Assembly: GCA_963753485.1 (NCBI GenBank)
Contig: CAVWCL010000013.1
Coordinates: forward strand, 80,355-144,354
Length of the DNA: 64,000 nucleotides
Direction: 5' to 3'
From: an uncultured Actinomycetota bacterium
GTDB taxonomy: Bacteria > Actinomycetota > Actinomycetes > Mycobacteriales > Micromonosporaceae
In this document: positions 28,782-38,810 of the stretch, piece after piece
Numbering within the stretch: the stretch's first letter is position 1
Layout: every line of letters begins with the position of its first letter
Notes under the pieces: generated by a model
What the model saw: only the letters and a program-made list of their open reading frames with translations
The model's database searches: none
Told to the model about the DNA's origin: nothing
Program-made: the position numbers and the translations under genes

Positions 28782-29969
28782 TCAGGCGCAGGCTCCGGTG
28801 TCGACCCCCTGGGTGCGGGTCGAGGCGGCGGTGGCGACTGGACGAGCTTCCTTGCCCGTGAGCGCGAACCCGGTGTCCTCGTCGTCGAGGGCGGCGGCGA
28901 AGATGACGCCGAGTACGTCGCCGTCCGCGGCGACCAGCGGGCCGCCGGAGTTGCCGCTGTGTACCTGTGCCCGGATGGTGTAGACCTCGCGCACCACCGT
29001 CCGCGACTCGTAGATGTCGGGTCCCTGCACGTCGCGAACGTCGCGGATGCGGGCGGCCGTCGCGGTGAACGGCCCGTTGAGCGGAAACCCGATGACGATC
29101 GCGTCGTCGCCGGTTTCGGCGTCACCCGGGGCCCAGGGCAACGCCGGCGCCTCCAGCGAGGGCACGTAGACCACGGCGAGGTCCTCGGCCGGGTCGTAGT
29201 AGACGACCTTGCCGGCCCGGCGCGAGCCGTTGAGCTCGACCGCCAGGGCCCCGCGGGTCCCCGCGACGACATGCGCATTGGTCATCACGTGATGTGGGGC
29301 GAAGACGAAGCCGGAGCCTTCGATGCGTCGTTGGCAGCTCGGTGCGGTCCCGGTGATCTTGACTACCGAGGCCCTGGCCTGGCGCACCGCCGCGGAGTTG
29401 GCGAGCTTGGGGTCGGGCGGCTGGACCTCGCGGGCCCGGGTCGGGGTGAGGTCGCCGAAGACGTTCGGGAAGTCGCCGTTGCCGATCGTGTCGCGCAACC
29501 CGTTGTAGAGCACCCGCGCCTGATCAGGCATCACGGCATCGACCGCACCGATGATCACGCTGTTGCGCACGGAGCGCGCGACCGAGGGCATGGTGGAGGA
29601 GGCGAGCGGACCGGCCACCATCCACGCGACCAGCAGCAGGGCCAGGACCGAGACGAAGATCCCGCCGATGTCGTCGACCCGTTTCGCCTGCTCGGTCCGG
29701 ATCGCCAGCCGCAGCCGGGTGCCGGCCCAGGCAGCCGCGGTCTGCCCGATCAAGGCGAGCCCGAAGACCGAACCCAGAGAGATCAGAACCCTGGTCACCG
29801 GGCTGTCGACATGGCTGACGAAGAGCGGGGCGACCTGCAGCCCCACCAGCGCACCGCCGAAGAAGCCCACGAACGACAGCGCACCGACGAGGAAGCCCTG
29901 GCGATACCCGTTCAAGGCAAACATGATGATCAATGCGATGAGAATCAGGTCGACCAAGCTGCCGATCAC
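28782..29969 (-). CDS. marP: MarP-family membrane serine protease (CvpA domain + trypsin-like)
   Basis: CvpA-like 4-TM N-terminus and a chymotrypsin-fold C-terminus (TNAHVV, GNSGGPL). GTG 29969 (VIGSLVDL) is preferred because it is GTGA-coupled to the upstream 36-codon ORF and gives about 395 aa. ATG 29996 is the alternative. Confidence 0.8.
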   Translation of the reverse strand: MIGSLVDLILIALIIMFALNGYRQGFLVGALSFVGFFGGALVGLQVAPLFVSHVDSPVTRVLISLGSVFGLALIGQTAAAWAGTRLRLAIRTEQAKRVDDIGGIFVSVLALLLVAWMVAGPLASSTMPSVARSVRNSVIIGAVDAVMPDQARVLYNGLRDTIGNGDFPNVFGDLTPTRAREVQPPDPKLANSAAVRQARASVVKITGTAPSCQRRIEGSGFVFAPHHVMTNAHVVAGTRGALAVELNGSRRAGKVVYYDPAEDLAVVYVPSLEAPALPWAPGDAETGDDAIVIGFPLNGPFTATAARIRDVRDVQGPDIYESRTVVREVYTIRAQVHSGNSGGPLVAADGDVLGVIFAAALDDEDTGFALTGKEARPVATAASTRTQGVDTGACA

Positions 29970-30072
29970 CTCGCCAGGGTACGGTCGGGCCGCCATCCGC
30001 GACCACCTACGGCATCGCGGCGGAGGTCGCTGGCGATCGCCACAGCCGGTCGCCAGCCGGATCTGGCGGCGC

Positions 30073-30300
30073 TCATTCTCCCGCCTTTCGTTCACGCTGC
30101 GGTGCTCGCACCCGCTCGCTCCTCGCGTTCACCCTCCCGCCTTTCGTTCACGCTGCGGTGCTCGCACCCGCTCGCTCCTCGCGTTCACCCTCCCGCCTTT
30201 CGTTCACGCTGCGGTGCTCGCACCCGCTCGCTCCTCGCGTTCACCCTCCCGCCTTTCGTTCACGCTGCGGTGCTCGCACCCGCTCGCTCCTCGCGTTCAC
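30073..30300 (-). repeat. 4 x 56-bp tandem repeat (MIRU-like family, GTGA-overlapping 19-codon mini-ORFs)
   Basis: The unit on the transcribed strand is GGTGAACGCGAGGAGCGAGCGGGTGCGAGCACCGCAGCGTGAACGAAAGGCGGGAG. GTGs lie at 30300, 30244, 30188 and 30132. Confidence 0.9.
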
Positions 30301-30954
30301 CGGCCGGGCGGAGGTGGCTGCCGGTAGGTCACGCACCCGGCTCGAGTCCCAGGGCTGCGCCCACCCGGCCAGGTCGAGCAGGGTGGTGATGATGCCGGCG
30401 GTGAAACCCCAGACCAGTAGCCCGCGGACGTCGAACGCGGCCCCGACGTACCCGCTGGGGTGACGCACCCGCAGCCGGTTGGCCGGATCCACCAGCTCGC
30501 CGATCGGTACCCGTTCCACGAGCGCGACCTCACCCAGGTCAACCGGCGCCACCGGGTGCGGCGCGTGCCACCAGGCCAGCACCGGCGTGACCACGTACCC
30601 ACTGACCGGTATCCACAGCCGGGGCAGCGTCGCGACCACCGTGGCCGATGACGGCTCCAGACCCACCTCCTCGGCCGCCTCCCGCAGGGCGGTCGCGGCC
30701 GCGTCCACGTCCTCCTCGTCGCTGGCACCGCCCGGGAACGCCGGCTGGCCGGCGTGACTGCGCAGGGTGGCCGCGCGCTGCAGCACGAGCAGGTCGGGCC
30801 CGGTCTCGAGCTGCTCGCCCAGCAGGACCAGCACGGCCGAGCGCCGCCCGCCGATGGCGGGAGTCGGCCAGCGGGAGAAGTCGGACCGCTTGGCGGCCGC
30901 GGCCCGGCTCGCCAGCGGCTCCCACCACGCCGGCAACCCGGTCGTGGCGTTCAC
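30241..30954 (-). CDS. NUDIX hydrolase (CoA pyrophosphatase-like)
   Basis: Nudix box GGASDEEDVDAAATALREAAEEVGL. The GTG start overlaps the tlpA-like stop. The last 19 aa and the stop codon lie inside repeat unit 1. Confidence 0.8.
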   Translation of the reverse strand: MNATTGLPAWWEPLASRAAAAKRSDFSRWPTPAIGGRRSAVLVLLGEQLETGPDLLVLQRAATLRSHAGQPAFPGGASDEEDVDAAATALREAAEEVGLEPSSATVVATLPRLWIPVSGYVVTPVLAWWHAPHPVAPVDLGEVALVERVPIGELVDPANRLRVRHPSGYVGAAFDVRGLLVWGFTAGIITTLLDLAGWAQPWDSSRVRDLPAATSARPVNARSERVRAPQRERKAGG

Positions 30955-31520
30955 CCCGGCACTGCCAGGTAGCGGTGGGCCAGACCCTCCAGGGTGGACT
31001 CGGTGAGGGCGCCGGTGACGTCCTCATGGCGCACGGCGCCGGTGGCGTCGACCAGAAGGGTCACCGGCAGTGCGGTGCGGCCCCACGCGGTCAGCAACCG
31101 GCTCCGAGGATCGAAGACGGCCGGGAAGGAGACCCCCAGGTCGGTCCCGGCCGACGCGGCGGCGCTGCGGCCGTCGGCCGTGTTCACACCGATCACCAGG
31201 ACGCCGGTGCGGTGTGCGTCGGCGAAGCGTTGCAGCGCCGGCAGCTCGGCCCGGCACGGCGCGCAGCTCGATGCCCAGAAGTTCAGCACCGCGGGCCGGC
31301 CCAGGTGGGCGAGGTCGACCGGTTCGCCACCGGTGAAGCAGGGCAGGCTGATCGCGGGGAGCAGACGCGATCCGGTCGGGGCGGCGCCAGTGGCTCGCTG
31401 CCCGGCCGGACAGGGTGCGAACGGCGAGGCCACAGAGACACTCACCGCGGGCGCTCCGGCCGAGCAGCCGGCGAGCAGGGTCGCGGTCAGCACCAGCACA
31501 CCGATAGCCCGCGCGATCAC
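30951..31520 (-). CDS. TlpA-like thiol-disulfide oxidoreductase lipoprotein
   Basis: Lipobox LLAGCS and thioredoxin motif [11 protein letters not shown] 31520 overlaps the nth stop (GTGA). The ORF is open to 31715, but that part overlaps nth. Confidence 0.75.
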   Translation of the reverse strand: MIARAIGVLVLTATLLAGCSAGAPAVSVSVASPFAPCPAGQRATGAAPTGSRLLPAISLPCFTGGEPVDLAHLGRPAVLNFWASSCAPCRAELPALQRFADAHRTGVLVIGVNTADGRSAAASAGTDLGVSFPAVFDPRSRLLTAWGRTALPVTLLVDATGAVRHEDVTGALTESTLEGLAHRYLAVPG

Positions 31521-32254
31521 GTCGGCCGCCGCGCGAGGGCGACGATGTCGGCCGCCCGTGGGCCCTTGACCAGGCCAGCCGCGACGACCGGGTCGGTCGG
31601 GCCAAGCCCATACGCCGGGCAGTCGCGGGCCAGCGGGCAGGCCCCGCAGGCGGGTCGGCGCGAGTGGCAGACGCGGCGGCCATGAAAGATCACCCGATGC
31701 GAGAGCATCGTCCACTCGCGACGGTCGATGAGCGCGCCAACGTCACGCTCGATCTTCACCGGGTCGACCTCGTCCGTCCATTGCCAGCGCCGCACCAGCC
31801 GGCTGACATGGGTGTCCACGGTGATGCCGGGCACATCGAACGCGTTGCCCAGAATGACGTTGGCGGTCTTCCGGCCGATCCCGGGCAGGTCGACCAGATC
31901 CGCCATCCGACCGGGCACCACGCCGTCGAAGCGCTCCACCAGGGCCTGACCCAACTTGATCAACGAGTCGGTCTTGTTGCGGAAGAAACCGGTCGGTTTG
32001 ATCATCTCTTCCAGCTCGCCCCGATCGGCGGCGGCATAGGCGGCCGCGGTCGGATAACGCGCGAAGAGCTTGGGCGTCACCTCGTTGACCCGCTGGTCGG
32101 TGCATTGCGCGGAGAGGATCGTGGCCACCGCGAGCTGCAACGGCGAGTCGTGGTCGAGCTCGCAGTGTGCGTCCGGATGGATCACCGCAAGCTCCCGTGC
32201 CATCCGCCGGGCCCGGCGCTTGCGGCCGAGCTCGGTCTCGGTCACGGCACCCAA
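31517..32254 (-). CDS. nth: endonuclease III
   Basis: HhH-GPD motif [14 protein letters not shown] and Fe-S cluster cysteines [17 protein letters not shown]. Confidence 0.9.
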   Translation of the reverse strand: MGAVTETELGRKRRARRMARELAVIHPDAHCELDHDSPLQLAVATILSAQCTDQRVNEVTPKLFARYPTAAAYAAADRGELEEMIKPTGFFRNKTDSLIKLGQALVERFDGVVPGRMADLVDLPGIGRKTANVILGNAFDVPGITVDTHVSRLVRRWQWTDEVDPVKIERDVGALIDRREWTMLSHRVIFHGRRVCHSRRPACGACPLARDCPAYGLGPTDPVVAAGLVKGPRAADIVALARRPT

Positions 32255-32334
32255 GCTACCGCTGCACGCCGACCCGCTCGCCGCCCGGGCGGTCGAACCC
32301 GAACCGTTGCCCCCGGGGCCGCCACGGGAAGTTG

Positions 32335-33978
32335 TCAGGCCGGCGGCGTGATGGCGCCGTCGGCGGTTGCGATGGCGGCGGCCGCGGCCCCGAAGTCGTC
32401 GGTGGAGAGACCGTTGACGAAGGCCAGCGCCCGGCGGCCGGGATCGGGCGCGGGCAGGCCGTGACGGACCATCTCGGTCGGCACCAGCGTCCCCCCGGCC
32501 CAGCTGCCGTCCTTGTGCAAGCTCACCCGCAGCACGCCGCCGACCCCGAGATACCCGCTGCTGTTCAGCACGCCGTACCCACAGAAGTTGCCGAGGCTGT
32601 AGGCGATCAGCCGTCCCTTGTAGAACTCCATGCCCCGCATGATGTGTGGGCCGTGGCCGAAGATGACATCGGCGCCGGCGTCGATCACCGCGTGGCTGAA
32701 CGCGATCAGGTCGCCGCGGTCCTCACCCAGGAAGATCTCGTGACCGGGGTGGACGTGGGCCCGGTCCGACCCCTCGGCGCCACCCTGCATCTGGATGACG
32801 ACCAGGTCCGCCTTGGCCGCGGCCTGGCTCACCAACGCCTTCGCCGCCGCGATGTGGTTGAGGTTCGCGCCCCAGCTGTAGATGGAGAAGCCCAGCACCG
32901 CCACGGTCACGCCCTTGACCGTCACATAGGTGATCTGATTCGGGGCGCCGGTGTGCTTGATACCGACCGCATCCAGCGCCGACTCGGTATTGCGCAGGCC
33001 GACCGGCCCCATGTCGTTGGTGTGGTTGTTGGCCAGGTTCAGCATCTGGAATCCGCCGTCGCGCAGGTGGTTGGCGTACGAGGGCGGCAGGTAGAACTGG
33101 AAGCAGCCGGCCTGGGTGCCGCACTTGACCTTCCCGGTATCGGCGCTCAGGGGCGTCTCCAGGTTGCCCATCACCAGGTCACTGGCGAGCGCCGCTTTGA
33201 CCTGGTCGAAGAAGCCGGCCCCGTCGTTGGGCGGCAGATCGTGCGGCTCGGTGCCCATGATCACGTCCCCGACCCCGGAGAGCGTGATCGTGTCGGCGAT
33301 GGGCGCCGGTACCGCGGGTGCGGAGCTGGCCGACGGCGTTGGTGCCGGCGCGCCGCCGCGTTCCCAGTTCACCTGGGTACGGTCTGGCCGGAAGTAGGCG
33401 GCGCTGGCGACCCCGGAGAGCACCGCGAGCAGGATCAGCGCCACGCCGGCGGCCAGCGCAACCATGAGCGGCTTGCGGTCCCACGGCACGATCTCGCCGC
33501 TCGGGTCGTCGTCGGGCAGGATGATCTCGAATGTCCACGATGCCACGTCGGGGCGGCGCTGCGCCGCCGTCGACTCGCTCGACCCGGCCGCGTCGGCTAC
33601 CGCCGGCCCGGCCGGCGTCAATCGCACCGACGGGCCTCCCGGGGCCGAGGTCACCGCCGGCGCCAACTCCACCGGCACCCGTGGCCGGGGCACCGCGGCC
33701 GTGTCGGCGGCCGCGTCGCCAGCGACGTCGTCCGCCCGCCGAGCACCCCGGTATCCTCCGGTGGCGCCAGGTGGCGGTAATGGCTGGTAGCCGTTCGGCT
33801 CCTCGCGCGACGAGGCGTGCGGGTACGGCCACAGGTCCGGTTCTGACGCCGCCCCGGGGTCGGGGGGCGACGCGTCCTCCGCCGGAGGAATGTCGCGGGG
33901 GTAGCCGTACACGGTCACAACGCAGGCCCATCGCCGAGGGGTGCCAGGGGTCCCGCCGAGGCTATCGGATGCGGTCAT
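32335..33978 (-). CDS. CapA-family (PGA_cap metallophosphatase-like) membrane-anchored protein
   Basis: C-terminal ~330 aa are CapA-like ([44 protein letters not shown]), preceded by a Pro-rich region and a TM. ATG 33978 overlaps the upstream stop (ATGA). Confidence 0.7.
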   Translation of the reverse strand: MTASDSLGGTPGTPRRWACVVTVYGYPRDIPPAEDASPPDPGAASEPDLWPYPHASSREEPNGYQPLPPPGATGGYRGARRADDVAGDAAADTAAVPRPRVPVELAPAVTSAPGGPSVRLTPAGPAVADAAGSSESTAAQRRPDVASWTFEIILPDDDPSGEIVPWDRKPLMVALAAGVALILLAVLSGVASAAYFRPDRTQVNWERGGAPAPTPSASSAPAVPAPIADTITLSGVGDVIMGTEPHDLPPNDGAGFFDQVKAALASDLVMGNLETPLSADTGKVKCGTQAGCFQFYLPPSYANHLRDGGFQMLNLANNHTNDMGPVGLRNTESALDAVGIKHTGAPNQITYVTVKGVTVAVLGFSIYSWGANLNHIAAAKALVSQAAAKADLVVIQMQGGAEGSDRAHVHPGHEIFLGEDRGDLIAFSHAVIDAGADVIFGHGPHIMRGMEFYKGRLIAYSLGNFCGYGVLNSSGYLGVGGVLRVSLHKDGSWAGGTLVPTEMVRHGLPAPDPGRRALAFVNGLSTDDFGAAAAAIATADGAITPPA

Positions 33979-34697
33979 GGTGGTGAAGGGCGTGCGCCGC
34001 CGGCCGAGCGCGACCAGGTGCGGGCACCGGCGGTGACGGCTGCATGAGTGGCCCGCGCGAGTCGGGCCCCCCACGTCGACCGGGGGCCGCCGAACGGCTC
34101 GGGCGGGCCCGCCCGGGGGCCGCGGCTCGACGGTGCCGGGCACCCCACAAAGAGCGCATCACTGGCGGTACCCGTCGCATCCACCTCATAATTCCACAAG
34201 GCCTGCGCCTTCGCCTCGGTCATCGTGATCACCGCATTGACCAGGGCGGCGTCGCTGAGCGGGACCGGCACCCAGGCGACCAGGTTGATGGTGCCCGCGA
34301 CCGGCTCGGGTGGGCCCGCCCGGTCGGGGGAGACCTCCCGCAGGTGACCGTCGGGCGCCGACGCCCAGGCCGGGTGGCTCAGCCCGACCGTGGCCACCAC
34401 GACGACCTCACCGTCGGTGCCGGTGCTGGCACTGGTGACATCGACCGCGGTGAGCATGCCGACGCCGCGGCCGGCCAGCGCCATGGTGGCGGCGAGGTCG
34501 GCCAGGTGCCGGTCGGGGTCGTGGCGGCGGTACGAACGGTCGACGGTGGCGTTGAGGACCCAGGACCGCTCGCCCAGGCCGGCTCCGAGCGGTCCGCTGG
34601 CGATGGCCCGCACCGGCTCGGCGAAGCGCCACACCAGCATGGCGAGACGGTGCCCGGACTCGCTACGATGATCAACGACCGGCTGCGGCTGATACAC
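33975..34697 (-). CDS. adenosylcobinamide amidohydrolase (CbiZ)-like protein
   Basis: Recognised by eye from LVWRFAEPVRAIASGPLGAGLG..WVLNATV and TINLVAWVPVPLSDAALVNAVITMTEAKAQAL. GTG 34697 is chosen as the start. Confidence 0.55.
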   Translation of the reverse strand: MYQPQPVVDHRSESGHRLAMLVWRFAEPVRAIASGPLGAGLGERSWVLNATVDRSYRRHDPDRHLADLAATMALAGRGVGMLTAVDVTSASTGTDGEVVVVATVGLSHPAWASAPDGHLREVSPDRAGPPEPVAGTINLVAWVPVPLSDAALVNAVITMTEAKAQALWNYEVDATGTASDALFVGCPAPSSRGPRAGPPEPFGGPRSTWGARLARATHAAVTAGARTWSRSAGGARPSPP

Positions 34698-34810
34698 GTT
34701 CGCGCAGCCTACGCAGTTGCCGGCTGGACGCCGGTTCGAGACCCAGGTGTGCCTAGACTGGCGGTGAAGTCCACCCTTCGGCTGGGCTTGCGGGAGACAG
34801 AAGGTGGGCG

Positions 34811-35488
34811 ATGGACGAGGTACTGGCCCGCAGCGGGATCTTCCAGGGCGTCGACCATGATGCCGCGGAGGCACTCGCCAAGGACATGGAGACGATCGAG
34901 GCCCGCAAGGGCGAGGTCGTCTTCAGTGAAGGGGAGCCCGGCGACAGCCTCTACATCGTCCTCTCCGGCAAGCTCAAGGTCGGCCGGCGGGCGGCCGACG
35001 GGCGGCAGAACCTCATCGCGGTCATGGGCCCGTCGGACATGGTGGGGGAGCTGTCACTCTTCGACCCCGGTCCGCGCACCGCCACCGCGACCGCGGTGGT
35101 CGACACCCGCCTGGCCCGGCTCCGCAAGCAGGCGCTGCGCCCATGGCTGGCCAACCGGCCGGAGATCGCCGAGCAGCTGCTGCGGGTTCTGGCTCGGCGG
35201 CTTCGCCGGACCAACGATGCGCTGGCCGACCTGATCTTCACTGACGTGCCCGGTCGGGTGGCCAAGAACCTGCTCCAGATGGCCGGCCGCTTCGGCACCC
35301 GGGAAGGCGGGGTCCTGCGGGTCACGCATGACCTGACTCAGGAGGAATTGGCCCAGCTGGTGGGGGCGTCCCGGGAGACCGTGAACAAGGCCCTGGCCGA
35401 CTTCGCCTCGCGCGGCTGGCTCCGACTGGACGGCAAGTCAGTGATCATCATGGATCCCGAGCGCCTCGCCCGTCGGGCGCGCGTCTGA
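34811..35488 (+). CDS. crp: cAMP receptor protein (Crp/Fnr family)
   Basis: 225 aa with a cNMP-binding domain ([24 protein letters not shown]) and a C-terminal HTH ([20 protein letters not shown]). Confidence 0.9.
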   Translation: MDEVLARSGIFQGVDHDAAEALAKDMETIEARKGEVVFSEGEPGDSLYIVLSGKLKVGRRAADGRQNLIAVMGPSDMVGELSLFDPGPRTATATAVVDTRLARLRKQALRPWLANRPEIAEQLLRVLARRLRRTNDALADLIFTDVPGRVAKNLLQMAGRFGTREGGVLRVTHDLTQEELAQLVGASRETVNKALADFASRGWLRLDGKSVIIMDPERLARRARV

Positions 35489-35556
35489 CGCCCGCCGCGA
35501 TCGGGGAACACCTAACTTGCGGTGATCTCGTCCGCGCGACGAGAAAACAAGCAGGC

Positions 35557-36198
35557 TTGACTGTTTGTTTTCGGCGGCGCAGGCTGAGGGTCGTGCGCGC
35601 TCCAACCCGGGTCCCGCAGCAGGAACGCAGCCGGGCGACCCGGCAGCGGCTGCTCGCCGCGACCGTCTCGTGCCTGGTCGAGTACGGCTGGGCCGGGACC
35701 ACGACCACGGTCATCGCGGAGCGGGCCGGCGTGTCCCGCGGCGGTCAACTGCACCATTACCCGACCAAGGCCGCCCTGGTCATCGCCGCCGTCGCCCACC
35801 TCACCCAGCGCCGGGCGGCCGAGATCCGGGCCGATGCCGCGGCCCGGCGCGGACAGTCCGCCGCCGGCCGCGTGAGCCGGGTCGTCGACCTGCTCGCCGC
35901 CGCGTTCACCGGCCCGCTGTTCGCGGCGGCCCTGGAGCTCTGGGTCGCGGCGCGCACCGACGCCGAGCTGCGCGCCGCGCTGGTCCCGATGGAGGCCCGG
36001 ATCGGACGGGACCTGCATCGGCTCGCGGTCGAGCTGCTGGCGGCCGACGAGAGCCGCCCCGGCGTACGCCTGGCCGTGCAGAGCACCCTCGACCTGCTGC
36101 GGGGCCTGGGCGTGGCGAGCCTGCTCGGCGACGACGCCCAACGCCGCGACGCCCTGCTGGCCGGGTGGAAGCGGCAGCTGGTCGCGCAGCTGAGCTGA
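35557..36198 (+). CDS. TetR-family transcriptional regulator
   Basis: N-terminal HTH SRATRQRLLAATVSCLVEYGWAGTTTTVIAERAGVSRGGQLHHYPTK. The exact start is uncertain. Confidence 0.8.
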   Translation: MTVCFRRRRLRVVRAPTRVPQQERSRATRQRLLAATVSCLVEYGWAGTTTTVIAERAGVSRGGQLHHYPTKAALVIAAVAHLTQRRAAEIRADAAARRGQSAAGRVSRVVDLLAAAFTGPLFAAALELWVAARTDAELRAALVPMEARIGRDLHRLAVELLAADESRPGVRLAVQSTLDLLRGLGVASLLGDDAQRRDALLAGWKRQLVAQLS

Positions 36199-36208
36199 GG
36201 AGGAGTCC

Positions 36209-37054
36209 ATGGTGGAGGTTGGCGCGATTCTCGCCGATCTCGGGGCCGAGTCGGCCGAGGTCGACCGGCTGGTCGCGCCGCTACCGGCCGCGCGGTGGCG
36301 CCTGGACACGCCGGCGGCCGGGTGGACGATCGCTCACCAGGTCGCCCACCTGGCCTGGACCGACCGGGCGGCGCTGCTCGCGATCACCGACCCGGGCTCC
36401 TTCGCCGACCATCTCCTCGCCGCGATGGCCAGTCCGGCCACCTTCGTCGACGACGGCGCGTCAGAATTCCTGAGCGCGTCGCAGGCCCTGGCTGAGCCAC
36501 CGGCACCGCCGGAGCGCTGGCGCGACGGCCACCAGGATCTGTTGGACCGGTGGCGGGGCGGCCGGGAAGCGCTGCGGGAGGCCCTCGCCACCGTCCCGGC
36601 GGGCACCCGGATCACCTGGTACGCGACCACCATGTCACCGGCGTCGATGGCGACCGCTCGCCTGATGGAGACCTGGGCCCATGGCCTGGACATCGCCGAG
36701 GCGCTGGACGTGCCGCCGAGGCCGACGCTGCGGCTACGCCACATCGCGCATCTGGGTCACCGCACGCTCGGGTACTCGTTCGCGGCGCACGGTCTGGCGG
36801 CACCGAGCGCACCGGTGCGGGTCGAGCTGGTCGCCCCGGACGGTGCCGTGTGGACCTTCGGGCCATCGGCGGCCGCGGACATCGTCACCGGCCCGGCATT
36901 GGACTTCTGCCTACTGGTCACCCAGCGCCGCCACCGCGACGACCTCCAGCTGGTCGCCAGCGGACCGGTCGCGCAGGCGTGGCTCGACATCGCGCAGGCG
37001 TTCGCCGGGCCGCCGGGGGCGGGCCGGCGGGCGACCGGAGACCGCGATGGCTGA
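36209..37054 (+). CDS. DinB/mycothiol-dependent maleylpyruvate isomerase-like metal-binding protein
   Basis: N-terminal pattern RLVAPLPAARWRLDTPAAGWTIAHQVAHLAWTD. The family name is from memory only. Confidence 0.6.
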   Translation: MVEVGAILADLGAESAEVDRLVAPLPAARWRLDTPAAGWTIAHQVAHLAWTDRAALLAITDPGSFADHLLAAMASPATFVDDGASEFLSASQALAEPPAPPERWRDGHQDLLDRWRGGREALREALATVPAGTRITWYATTMSPASMATARLMETWAHGLDIAEALDVPPRPTLRLRHIAHLGHRTLGYSFAAHGLAAPSAPVRVELVAPDGAVWTFGPSAAADIVTGPALDFCLLVTQRRHRDDLQLVASGPVAQAWLDIAQAFAGPPGAGRRATGDRDG

Positions 37055-38810
37055 CGTGCTGCGGGTGGGCAACGCCTCGGGGTTCTACGGCGACCGCTTC
37101 TCGGCCTGGTCGGAGATGCTCACCGGCGGCTCACTGGACGTGCTGACCGGCGACTACCTGGCCGAACTCACGATGCTGATCCTGGGCCGGGACCGGATGA
37201 GCGATCCGGCCCGCGGCTACGCGCGCACGTTCCTGCGCCAGATGGAGGAGTCGCTCGGCCTGGCCGTGCAGCGCGGTGTCCGCGTGGTGACCAACGCGGG
37301 CGGCCTGAACCCGGCCGCGCTCGCCGCCGCTCTGCGCGAGCTCGCCACCCGGCTCGGCATCACCGTCCAGATCGGGTACGTCGAGGGCGACGCGGTCGAC
37401 TGGCCGGGATCGCTGACCGCGAACGCGTACCTGGGGGCATTCGGCATCGCGGAGTGCCTGCGCGCCGGCGCCGGCGTCGTGGTCACCGGCCGGGTGACCG
37501 ACGCCTCGCTCGTGGTCGGGCCGGCGATCGCCCGGTTCGGTTGGCGGCGTGACGATCTCGACGCTCTCGCCGGCGCGAGCGTCGCCGGTCACGTGCTCGA
37601 GTGCGGGGCCCAGGCCACCGGCGGCAACTACGCCTTCTTCACCGAGCTCCCCGACGGTGGCCGCCGGCCGGGCTTCCCGCTCGCCGAGGTCCGGGCGGAC
37701 GGCTCATCCGTGATCACCAAACACCCCGACACCGGTGGCGCGGTCACCGTCGAGACCGTCACCGCGCAGCTGCTCTACGAGCTCGGCGCACCGCCATACC
37801 TGGGCCCCGACGTGGTCGCCCATTTCGACACGATCCAGCTGGACACCGCCGGCCCGGATCGGGTCGAGATCAGCGGAGTGCGGGGAACGCCTCCGCCGCC
37901 GACGCTCAAGGTCGGCGTCAACGTTCTCGGCGGCTACCGCAACGCGATGTCGTTCGTCCTGTGTGGACTCGACATCGGGGCCAAGGCGAGCCTGGTTCGC
38001 GAGCAGCTGGAGGCGGCGATCGGCGCCACCGGGCTCAGCTGGCGGCTGGCGCGCACCGAGCACGCCAACGCGACGACCGAGGAGGCGGCGAGCGCGCTGC
38101 TCACGGTGCACATCCACGACCTCGACCCGGGCCGCGCCGGCCGCTCGTTCTCGCAGGCGGCGGTGGAGCTAGCGCTTGCGTCGTACCCGGGCTGCACTCT
38201 GACCACCCAGCCCGGCGACGCCAGCCCGTACGGGGTGTTCCAGGCGCACACGGTCGCCCAGTCGGCGGTGGCCCAGGTTGCCGTGCGGCCGGACGGCACC
38301 GCGGTGCCGATCGCCCCGCCGACCATCCTCGGCCCGTCGGTCACGGCCGACCCGCCGCCGACCATCGTCGACCCGTTGGCTCGGCTCGACCCGCCGGCGG
38401 GCCCGGGCGGAGCGGCCGGCTGGGGCCCCACCCGCGCACTGCCGCTGGGACTGGTCGCCGGAGCCCGCTCGGGCGACAAGGGGGGCGATGCCAACCTCGG
38501 CGTCTGGGCCCGATCGGCTGAGGGGTACTGCTGGCTGCGCGGCTACCTCACGGTCGCCGAGGTCCAGCGGCTGCTGCCCGAGTGTGCGCAGCTGCCGGTC
38601 CGCCGCTACGAGCTGCCCAACCTGCGCGCGCTGAACTTTGTCGTCCCCGGGTTGCTCGGGCTCGGCGTGGCCGCCTCCACCCGGTTCGACCCCCAGGCCA
38701 AGGCGCTCGGCGAGTGGCTGCGTTCCCGGGTCGTCGAGGTACCGCAACGCATCCTGACCGCAGGCACAGCCGCCGCCGCTGAGGCCGACGACTCCGGGGA
38801 GGTGGGGTGA
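37047..38810 (+). CDS. AtuA-family (acyclic terpene utilisation, DUF1446) protein
   Basis: ATG 37047 gives MADVLRVGNASGFYGDRFSAWSEMLTGGSLDVLTGDYLAELTM. 8-bp overlap with the upstream gene. Confidence 0.65.
   Translation: MADVLRVGNASGFYGDRFSAWSEMLTGGSLDVLTGDYLAELTMLILGRDRMSDPARGYARTFLRQMEESLGLAVQRGVRVVTNAGGLNPAALAAALRELATRLGITVQIGYVEGDAVDWPGSLTANAYLGAFGIAECLRAGAGVVVTGRVTDASLVVGPAIARFGWRRDDLDALAGASVAGHVLECGAQATGGNYAFFTELPDGGRRPGFPLAEVRADGSSVITKHPDTGGAVTVETVTAQLLYELGAPPYLGPDVVAHFDTIQLDTAGPDRVEISGVRGTPPPPTLKVGVNVLGGYRNAMSFVLCGLDIGAKASLVREQLEAAIGATGLSWRLARTEHANATTEEAASALLTVHIHDLDPGRAGRSFSQAAVELALASYPGCTLTTQPGDASPYGVFQAHTVAQSAVAQVAVRPDGTAVPIAPPTILGPSVTADPPPTIVDPLARLDPPAGPGGAAGWGPTRALPLGLVAGARSGDKGGDANLGVWARSAEGYCWLRGYLTVAEVQRLLPECAQLPVRRYELPNLRALNFVVPGLLGLGVAASTRFDPQAKALGEWLRSRVVEVPQRILTAGTAAAAEADDSGEVG

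Noticed and set aside
30951-31715. 254-aa version of the TlpA-like ORF
   Set aside because: The upstream 65 codons overlap nth in another frame and are Pro/Arg/Gly-rich. The GTG at 31520 is GTGA-coupled to the nth stop and is followed immediately by the lipoprotein signal.
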